Source: Azolla caroliniana (Eukaryota > Plantae > Polypodiophyta). Taken from it: 64,000 bases of DNA. The translations under genes were made by a program, and so were the position numbers. The notes under the pieces were generated by a model. That model was given only the letters and a program-made list of their open reading frames with translations, was not told the DNA's origin and searched no databases. The stretch spans positions 4,030,001 through 4,094,000 of the forward strand of contig JBHGNT010000013.1 in assembly GCA_043228905.1 (NCBI GenBank), written 5' to 3'. Numbering within the stretch: position 1 is the stretch's first letter; each line of letters opens with the position of its first letter. Positions 54,341-64,000 of this stretch are shown piece by piece.

Positions 54341-55044
54341 ACACATTAATGTGTACATGTGATGTGTGTTTGGGTGTTCATTATACAAATATATAAAATA
54401 AGCTTAACATTTACAATGAGGTGCAAGGGTTCGAACCTTACACCTATAGGATAGGAGACAATTGACATACCATTAAACTAGGTTGTTTCCTTAAAAGTTA
54501 TTTTCTTCATTGTACTTTTCACATGTAAATGCTCGTTCATAAGAGCTTGGATAAGGTACATGGTCATCATGCATCACATGTGATACATGATCGCCAAATG
54601 GCAATCATGCATTGCATACATCTCATGCATTGCATGCATGTACTACACCCTCACATGCACATATGCATGGGGGCATGTATATAAGAAGGAGAGGAAGGCA
54701 AAGAAAGGTAAGCAATGTTTGTAATCAATTATTAATAATAAAAGCTTAGTTATCTCATTGGCAATATATCTTGTATCTCAAATTCGAAGTCAAAGGTTCA
54801 AACCGGCGATTGGAATTCTTGTTCATATCTTTAATACTTTCTCGCTTGCGCTAGTCCTTTCGTCTAAAACATTGATGGTTCTGCTTCATTTTCTTGAACG
54901 ATCCTTTTGACCCTCCACCACTTGCGGATAAAAGTCGGTGCTCGTTTGCACATGTGTAACTTGGACATCGCGACGTTCGGCACATGTGTCACGTGCTTTG
55001 TGACATCATTGTGGTGTGGTAAATATTCTTTCAATCTCGTTATT

Positions 55045-55075
<31 letters not shown>

Positions 55076-58000
55076 TCTCAGTCAACCCACACAAGCATTT
55101 TCGACAACAAGAACAACCCAATTGTAAACCATCCTCCTCAGTCAAAGACCCCAGTGGTCCCGTTCGACCGACCCACAAGCGCGGATTTCCGCGACATTAA
55201 TTGGTGAACCCGATGTGAAGAACGGCAAGGGAGGATGGCCGGAACTTCGAATCCTAGAGACTCTAATGATAGTCTAGCACAAGCAATGGCGAGGATGATG
55301 GACCAAATGCTTCAAGAGAGACAACGTTGCAGGCCTTGACGTTGCCATCGATAGGATCGTGGATGCCAACGGATGCTTTGATGGTAGAGATGTGACATGA
55401 TACCTTGAAACCTACAAAACAAAAATACGGAAAAGGGTATTTCTATGCCAAGACAAGTAGCAAGCTTCTCAAGGATTGTAACTTCAAGTCTTTACTCTCG
55501 GGTCCTGAAGCTACAAGAGGTCAATCCTGGATGGTCATCTTTCGAACAAAGTTTACTTGAAGAATATGGGTTTGGTGACTCATCTCGAATGAAAAAGAAA
55601 GATTTAATGGACTAGGTGGAGTCTTCTAACAAAGAGTTGAGTGCGAGTGCGACGCTCCACGAGTTCGAGCAAAGATTTGATCGTCTGCTTGCACTTGACA
55701 AAACGATTCTTGATTCCAGCAAGGTGCTCCTATTTATCAAATCAGTAGATGAGAAAGATCGAAGAGATCTTGGGCTACTATTAGAGAATGATGAAGGCCT
55801 CATTAATGACTGGGCAACAATGAAGAGAGCACGTGGACGTTTTGATAAGCGTTCACAATGGGACAACGAGACAAGATCGAATGTTGCAGCTCAAATTGGC
55901 CGGCAAGCTCACAACACGAGACAAGAACCACAAGCCCAAAGAACAAGGGATGATGAAGTGGCTCAACCCACAGATGGAGCCAGAATGGATGAACTTGTAG
56001 ACATGCTTCGAGAGATGAGAATTTCTCAAATTAAAAAGGAGGAAACTCAAAGTTTTCCGGGCCGTCGCTTGGACTTTCCCTGTAGGTGTATTTGGTGTGA
56101 CTCCTTGGAACACCAGCGGAGAGATTGCTCAAAATTCCATAATGCCCTCTGACGAGATATCATTTATCTCTCCAAAAATCGGATTCACTCCTTGGTGACA
56201 CAACGTCCTCTCAACACCAACTTCGGCCAAGGAGGTATGAAGAAGTTGATGGAGGAAATGGAAGAAAACAAAGTGAATAGTATTTACTATTCCTCATCAG
56301 CTAGAATTCAGGCTGGACACGAGATGAGAGCCCATGAATCTCAAGTAGGAGAATTTTGACCAATCATATTGAATCAAGTCAAAAAAGGGAAGCTCTACAT
56401 GAACAAGGCACTCAAAGCAGAACGAAGAGTCCAAGAAATGACGGGATGAGAGGACCTTGTGGAGGAGAAGTCTAGCTTCGTCGAGGCCATGTGTCAAAAC
56501 TACGACATCCTAGTTGAAGAGAAACAAAAAAGACCCAATGACCAATCAGGCTCTTCAAAGAAACATGACACAAGAGAAGCTGTTCAGAGAAGGGAGGAAT
56601 CATCACCGCCCCAAACAATAACTGAAAGAGGTAAGGAAAGAATCGGACCGGCGTTCAAACTACGCTCGGAGATAGAGCAATCCACCGACCTTAAGCGTGT
56701 GATGGAAGAAAGAATCCTGGATAGCCAAATCGAGTTCACACTACGGGAGATCATAGGAATTGCAAAGAAAGAATTTCATGATGTCATCATTGACTTAATA
56801 AAAAGGAAGAGGCTAACAACAAGTGAAGAAGGAACCAAATCGATGAATGTCTCGACGAGCGCTATCACAATAGAAGGTCTCGAAATTGAACAAGAATTTG
56901 TGGATAGCCATTTTGCAAGGTCACATTGGGCTAGGGATACTACCGAGATACCGGTGCGGATGGGAGAGTTGAAAGATCCGATGGTGGCACTCATTGATCA
57001 TGGCTTGGAGATCAACCTCATGTCTCTTGACTTCTATCAGAAAGGTCGTTGGCCCATTAATACTAGGCATGGGTGGAAGATTTGAGCGTAAACTAGGGCG
57101 ATAGAAGATCTTCATGGGGCCTGCCCTAACGTTAAGGTAACTATTGGTGATGTTGAGCATGATCAACACTTTTTTGTACAGGAATCAACGTCACATCCTG
57201 TCATCCTTGGCGAGCCTTACATAACAGCATCCCAAATGGAGACAAAGGTACTTGATAATGGTTCAGCATATGCACGGATACGAAGTCAAGATGGGACAAG
57301 CTCAGTTCAATTCCTCACGGTACGACCGAACCATGAAAGAAATACGCATAGCTTAGGGAAAGAAGTTAGGGAGGATTTTTAATTCGGGCTATTAGGGAGA
57401 GGGACAACAATAGTCTGGGACATCTAACTATGTCCCCAATTCAGTGTTATAAAAGTTGTCACCCCATTAATGAAAATGAAGTCTTGCTTTCTGAAAATGG
57501 GATGTGTAAATTTAACAACATAAGTAGAAGAGATATTAAAATAGGAGTCCTAGAGGAACAACTTAGAGAAATCGGGATTATAAGTGAGGAAGAGGCAATA
57601 AATGGGTATATGGAGAAGATATCATTTGATGATACTCTTGGGGAAATGGAGAAAGTCATCAAATCGAAACTGCAAGTCAACAGAATGATTCCAATCAACT
57701 CTGTCGCCTTATACACCGCCATCGACGAATACGAACAAGGTGTCGCGACAGATGAAGTCGAAGTTAATACCAAGTACAAGACTGTGGACAAGAAGGTCAA
57801 ACCTGTGGCTGCTCCCTTGTGTGAAGACAATTGGCAGCGAATAAAGGAGGTAGCACGAGATCCGTGCCTTAGAGACACGAAAAGAATAGGGCATGTCTTC
57901 ACCGACGAAACTCAATGGAAGCTAAAAGTTGGTGGGGGTGAGTTTTTGCTTCCCAAAGAAAAGTCCAAGTTCAGGGAAATGTTGGAGCAACACAGGAAAG

Positions 58001-58574
58001 AATTTGCCTTTTCCCCACAAGAAATTGGATGTGTTGACCCAACGCTTGTGGAACCAATGGTTATCTTTACAAAACCCCATGTGCCATGGAACTTGAAGCC
58101 AATTCCCATTCCAAGAGCTCATATTCCAAGATTGTTGGAGTTGTTAAAAGAAAATATTAGAATTAGAATCCTTGAGCCATCTAATGCGCTTTACTCAAAT
58201 CGGTGGTTCACAGTGCCAAAAGAGAATGGAGCACTTCGATTTATCCAAGATCTGCAACCGGTAAACAAGGTCACCATTCGTAATGTTGGTATTGGGCCTA
58301 GTGTTGATGAGTTTGTTGAAGCTTTTGCAGGAAGGTCGATTTACTCGATTGGAGACTTGTATTCTGGATACGACCAATTTCAATTGTCTTTGGATAGTCG
58401 AGACATCACAACGATGCGGACTCCCATCGGGCTAGTAAGGATGTGTACATTACCGCAAGGGGCAACTAACTCGGTGGCCCACATGATGAATGCCATGAAC
58501 AAAGTATTAAGAGATTGCATCCTAGATATTACGATGCCTTTCCTCGATGATATCCCTATAAAGGGGTGCCCCGA
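54340..58574 (+). mobile_element. Second tRNA-Trp-primed gypsy (LTR to 55196, PBS 55202-55219, gag-PR, RT), truncated
   Basis: CGCGACA then TGGTGAACCCGATGTGAA; CIWCDSLEHQRRDC, LIDHG.EIN, HVPWNLKPIPIP, DLYSGYDQ, LPQGATNSV, PFLDD. LTR start approximate. Confidence 0.88.
54427..54480 (-). promoter_or_regulatory. tRNA-like Pol III promoter in LTR U3
   Basis: Minus strand reads TAGTTTAATGG-32 nt-GGTTCGAACCC, with a T-arm-like stem GTAAGG/CCTTGC. Confidence 0.72.
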
Positions 58575-61500
58575 TGTTATCCGTTCCTTTGAAAAACACC
58601 TTCGATGAGCCCACAAGTTATCGGTGTCAAGGGATCGTGTTACATGGAAGCTTCTTCTACATGGGGAAAAAGAGAGGAGACAAGGATTGTACATGGGCTA
58701 CAACCCGTTAAGTATGAACGCAACCCGATTTAAGAATACGGGGAGAAGACATAGATAGAAGTTTAGAAAAGACGAAACTTATATTCCATGATAAAGCTTA
58801 AAGCGATTATAGTAGTCGGCCTCAGCCGAAAACAGTACGTACAGAGCTTGCTCCTATGATATTACTTCTGCTCAGAATGATCTAGGTATCTCCCCTGCCA
58901 AGGTACGCAAACCTCGGTTTATATACTTTTTCTTCATACAGAGCCGAGCCGTTGGCTTACTATGAGGCTCAAAACTCGGCGTTTTCCTAACTCTACCTTC
59001 CTCACCTACTCCTACTTAACGACGAGTTTACATAATATATATATTTTTCTGTCCTATGGACAACACCTGGCACGCCCATGGGACAGGACTTTGTCTGTCG
59101 GACCCATGGTTCACCATGGATTTGGCAAAACAACACAAATTACAAAAATTGCCTGGTCCTACGAGGGCTTATAGGTTGGTTTTATTCCTCTTCCAATATG
59201 CCAAGGATATCCTGGGGGGCGTGGGGTTGGTCTGGTTGCTCGACAGGTGGGGTCGGTGATGGAGGTTGTGTTGCCGAGTCGGGGATGGTTGTGCCGATGT
59301 GTGCGGCCTCCTCTGTTGGGACCAGTTCAGGCAGGGTCGGGGTTATAGTCTATGGCTCCGGTGGGATGTGGAGGTCTGTAGGGGCAGGTTCCTCCGGTCG
59401 AGCTGCCATGGTGAGTAGCTCGGTTGGGATGTGGAGGTTTGTAGGGGCAGGTTCCTTCGGTCTAGCTTCCGTGGTGGTTGACTCAGTTCCTTGCTCGGTG
59501 GTGGTGGGAGCTCTGTTAATCCCGGTAGTGAGTTGTTCCTCCTCGTATGCTCCGGCTTCTAAGTGAAACACCATTAGATCGTCGTGGAATTCCTCTAAGA
59601 GTTGGTCGATGGCCGCGGTGTGGGAAGCTGCTAAGGCATGATATTCCTCCATTAAGTCCTCGTGGAGGGTCTGGATGCTCATGTCATCCATCTTGTAAAA
59701 CCCTCGGCCCTCCTTCCGTCGGTTCTTGGCATCTGCGCGTAGTATGTGTAGGTCCGCAGCTTGGGCTGACCACTCCTGCCAGATATGGTCAAGCGTTTCT
59801 TTGATCTTCGTGGCGAATTGTTGGCGATACTTGTTGATTAGGTTCTTGATTTTAGTATCGTCCATGCCGATGCTAGCGCAGTGAACTTCCATTGCCTCCC
59901 TTGCGGCCTTGGCTTCTGCTTGGCTTTTGCAGACGAGGAGTGCTAATGTAGCTTGATTATCCTTGGCTTTCTCGGTGATGAGCGCGATTTTCTGCTCATA
60001 GCGTGTGGTGAGCTGAGCTACCGTTTCATCCATGTCCTGTCGTCAAGCATCCCGATGTTGTTCTCTGGTGGCGATGTGCTTGGTTTGCAAGTGGTGATAC
60101 GCATCGGAAATTTTTGCCCTTTGATCTTCCGAGATCCTCCATTTTTGCATATGCTCGTTGGCCATGTCTTGTAAGGCTCTTTGATGACATTATAATTCTT
60201 GGTCGTCCTCGAAGAGCTCTTGTTCCCATTGGCTATTCCGCTCGGCTTCTTTGATGAAACGGTCTTTGGCCTCAGTGATAGAGACCTGAAGGGTCATCAC
60301 CTCTCATTCTTGTTCTTCAAGCACGACCAACCTTTCAGCAAGCAGTCGCTTGAGGTCCACTTCGCGGCTCGTGGCTTGTTCTGGTAGCTGGCCAAGAAGG
60401 TTGTTGTGGTTCTGTTATGCCAACTCGGCCAGAACGATTTGGTTCTTAAGCTCCTCCTGGTAGTCCCGAAGGGGAGGCCCTGTTTGGATTACCGCTTGCT
60501 GGATTCGGGGAGAGGGTTCCATGTCTGTATGTGTAAATTGTTCCATGACGACCGGGGGTGGTGGCATTTGCGTGGAGGCGTGGCTGGTTTGGGGGTGCGG
60601 GCTGATATATGCCTGTGACGGTGGCTCACTTGTTTGTACTGAGTCCGTCATTGTGTTGGCATCGACCATGGCTACCCTGGGGTGGGCGGTGTCGTCTTTG
60701 TGTGCATTGGTACCTTTAGCACTCGGGCTCAGGTTTGGAAGAGTGGCTGGTGAGACAACGTCACTTGGCGCCGGGAGGCTTAAGGGCGGTTGTTCTGGAT
60801 GTTGCTGCTTGAATTTCGCCAGTTTCTCCTCGGCAGCTTGCCATAGCTCGGTAGCCCTTTTGGCTTGTTGATGCGTCGTTTTGATACGTCGGGCCATGTC
60901 CTTGGCTGCCCGAGTAGTGTGGTGCAGATTGCGATATACTTCGACTAAGGCCATGTTCAAATGCGGTAGTTCCATGAGGAGTGACGCATTCTGTGCTTGC
61001 TTCTTCCGCCCTATCTTCTATAAGGCTCGATCCTCGTGAGGTTCAATTTCACCCATTAGAGCATGTTGAATCATCTTTGTTTCAGCGTGCTCCTCGGCCA
61101 TATGAGCGGTGGCAACTACTTGGGTGCGTGCGAGGAAATCTATTAACTCATATGTTGTGCTCAGTCGAAGTAGTGCACGGAACTCGTATGCCTCCGCGGG
61201 GAGATCTTTGTAACCAAGGACTTCCTCCTCTGATATCTGTGTCGTTTGTCCATGCTCGATCGTACCGATTTGGAGCCATGACTCCGCTGATACCATGTCC
61301 GTGGAGGTGGGGTTGGCCTCTTTTGATTTCTGATGATGGTCGCCCTCGGTTTCTGTGGTTGCCTCTCGAATGATGTGGCATCTTTTTGGAGGCTGATCCT
61401 GTGCATCCGGGGCCGGTGGTGTTGTCTCCTCGGTCTGTTTCCGGTTTTGCTGCCAAATGGCCGAGGGTTGCTAGCTTGTGGGCCGTAGGTTCGGTTGTGG

Positions 61501-64000
61501 AGAGGTCATTGATGTCCTTGACGTTTTTTGGCGTATGGTGACATCCTCGGTGGTGGGCTCCTCGGCCTCTTCGCATTCGACATGGGTCGCTATTACCACC
61601 TGTTGTTTCTGTGCTTTTGGTGGGGGTGGTGCCGAGGCGGAAGTGGGGTTCCGAACGCCTGAGGGAGGTGGAGAAGGCGAGGGGTCTTCCCATTCTTCCT
61701 GGGTTATCGCCAAAATCTTCTCCCGTTGTTTCCTTGGTGGTGGTGGAGAGGTCAGGATGCGATGAGGGGAAACCAAAGGAGCTGGGTAGAGGACTGTGAG
61801 GAAGTGATTGATCACAAGCAACAAACACTTACCGGTTTGGAAGGATTTGAGCGCCACACGGACTCCTTCGTCTGTGATGATTCCCCAATTAATTTTGTTT
61901 CCCTCGTATGCACTGATAATGATCGTCAGTTTGTTCTGTGGCATACTTGTAGGGTTGGTATGCACGAACGCGTACTCCATCAGGATGCAAGCGATTTCTC
62001 CGAATGCCTTGTTAGATCCACCGTAGGTGCGGTAGGCCTTACCAGATATGCAATACGCACCAAAGTATTCCTTCAGGGTCGTGGAAGGGGGAATCTCTAC
62101 TTCATGATCACCTCCTTGCTTCAGGTCCAAGGCAGCACGAATCATATTGTTGTTGACTGTGTCCGAGTGGATTCGGCGTGCGACCGCTTGGGCATCAGGG
62201 TGTGCAGGGGCATCGATCACCTTTAAATAACCACCTAATCCAGGAGCGGGTTTCCTGTGAAGTTGCAAGAGGCATAATGGACTCGGGGTTCTGTTGTGTG
62301 GAAGATTGTGGAAGGAGGATGAGACTAGGCCGAGATAGAGTGAGGGGACGAGATGGTTGTGGTGCGGCAAAGGGGCTACGAGGGCAAGAGAGGTCTTGTG
62401 AGCAAGCGTGGTGGGAGCAATGAAAGCGCTGAGAGCGAGAGGAGGCTTGAGAGCGTGGGAGCGATGAAGGCTGTGTGTGCAAGAAAGCGTTTGTGTGTGG
62501 GGAGTGCTTGGGGTAACTGTTTTTTAGCGAACGCCTAGGGTTTTGTGCATGAAGAGGAGCCTGGAGATTCTTGGTCATGGATGCCATAATAGGATATTAT
62601 GGCCACGTGTCCTAGGGAGTTAGTGTCGTGCCTTGGATGATGTGCATGTGCCTTTAAATACTTAAGTGAATGTGAAAGTGACTAGTGTGTGCCTCTAAAC
62701 ATGACACGATTTTGGTGATGTGGTAGGTGGTTTAGGTGGAACTAACTAATTGCTAAAACTATGCCTAATCCTACCTAATGTACGCTTTGGAATGTTGGTG
62801 GGTTCCTACCGATGGGGACACGTGGCCTCCTTCGTGGCATTGTCCGTGCCGTGAGACTCGGCGAAAGGGTTGGCTAGGGTATTTCCCTGGTATGGTCGCA
62901 GTCGGAATCCATTCACCCAGCTTTTGACAATTTCCCCAACGAGGGTGCCGAGCTAGAACGTGCCGTTAAACTCGTCAATAATCCAGAAGGGGCCGGTCCA
63001 TCGAAATCGTAACTTCCCTGGCATGGCACTGAGTCGTGTCTGGAAAACAAGGACCGGTTTGCCGATGGTCAGTTCTTGTTCCAATCATTTCCGATGTCGG
63101 TCCACAAAGGCTTTCCGTTGTCGTTGGCGCTGTTCAAGTTGGGCCATGCTCACTACTCGGTCCTCGCCAAGTTCGAGGAGTTGTTCCAACCTAAATTGTT
63201 CGGATTGGGCCTCGGGGAGCCTTGCTTTAACTTTAACTCGGAGACTCGGAACTTGAAACTATATGGGCATAAGGGCTTAGTGACCAAAAGCCATCCGAGA
63301 GGGGGTGGATTGAATGCTCGTTTTGAATGTAGTGCGATAAGCCCATAGTGCACTCTAGAGCTTGTCATCCCAATTGGTGGCGTTCTCATTGACGATCTTC
63401 TTCAGGATTGTTTGGAGAATTTTGTTACTCGATTCTGCCAATCCGTTTGCCTACGGGTAGTATGGTGTACTTTTCTTATGTACAACAGTGTAGTGTGTCG
63501 TAAGCTCGCGTATTATATGGTTTATAAAGTGCCCACCTTGGTCACTAACGAGTTCAATTGGGCATCCATAATGGCACCAGATATGTTCGTACACGAATTT
63601 GGCTGTGGATGCTGCCGTGTTGTCTCGTAAAGCCTTTGCCTCGACCCATTTTGTGCAATAATCCGTGGCCATGGTGATATAATTATTATCGGTTCAGGCC
63701 GCGGCTGGTTTGAAGGGTCCCACAAAATCTAACCCCCAATTTTGAAATGGTTCCAATGGAAGAATGGGTTGGTGTGGCATTCGAGCTTGTTCCATCAGTT
63801 CTCCCAACCGTTGGCACAAGTCGCACTGCTGACAGAACTCATGGGCATCCTTTTTCATTGTAGGCGACCATAAACCACTTTGCCATACTTTACTTGCCGT
63901 GGACTCGCCAACGTAGTGTCCACCGGCGATTCCTAGGTGGGCCTCTTGGAGGATGGCCTTCTTCTTGAATTGTCGAATTTCCCGGCGCCATATTTCATCC
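58575..64000 (-). mobile_element. 3' half of a non-chromovirus gypsy related to 4935-19530: INT (~62800-64000), accessory ORF, 3' LTR (~58575-59065)
   Basis: ATDYCTKWVEAKALRDNTA, SDQGGHF, KLRFRWTGP; the LTR truncates the RT of the previous element. Confidence 0.88.
59170..62279 (-). pseudogene. Accessory ORF downstream of integrase, homolog of 17192-19530
   Basis: Shared motifs FG.Y......YRT.GG, F.EIA..L.EY..V...P..MPQN, YEG.K..W and LRAD..NRRKEG. Confidence 0.78.

Overview
This window is eukaryotic heterochromatin from a non-seed land plant, most likely a moss (inferred from the TE families, a plastid rRNA fragment and PBS matches to plant tRNAs). It is almost entirely nested, decaying transposons, and no intact host gene can be supported. 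Contents: a Sola1-like DDD transposase pseudogene (260-3034); four fragments of one Ty1/copia family with a charged C-terminal tail; two non-chromovirus Ty3/gypsy elements sharing a large accessory ORF after integrase; Tcn1-like chromoviruses (one in tandem); two tRNA-Trp-primed gypsy elements; two young Tnt1/Tork-like copia elements, one inserted inverted into the PBS of the other; a solo LTR; and a plastid 23S rRNA insert. The most unusual signal is a tRNA-type Pol III promoter (A box + B box, 32-33 nt apart) in U3 of four different LTR families, always antisense and pointing out of the element. Other notable signals are Tf1-like self-priming complementarity, conserved -1 frameshift pseudoknots, an 11.8-kb inverted copia locus and strong CCGG enrichment. 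All alignments were done by eye and clade names are tentative.
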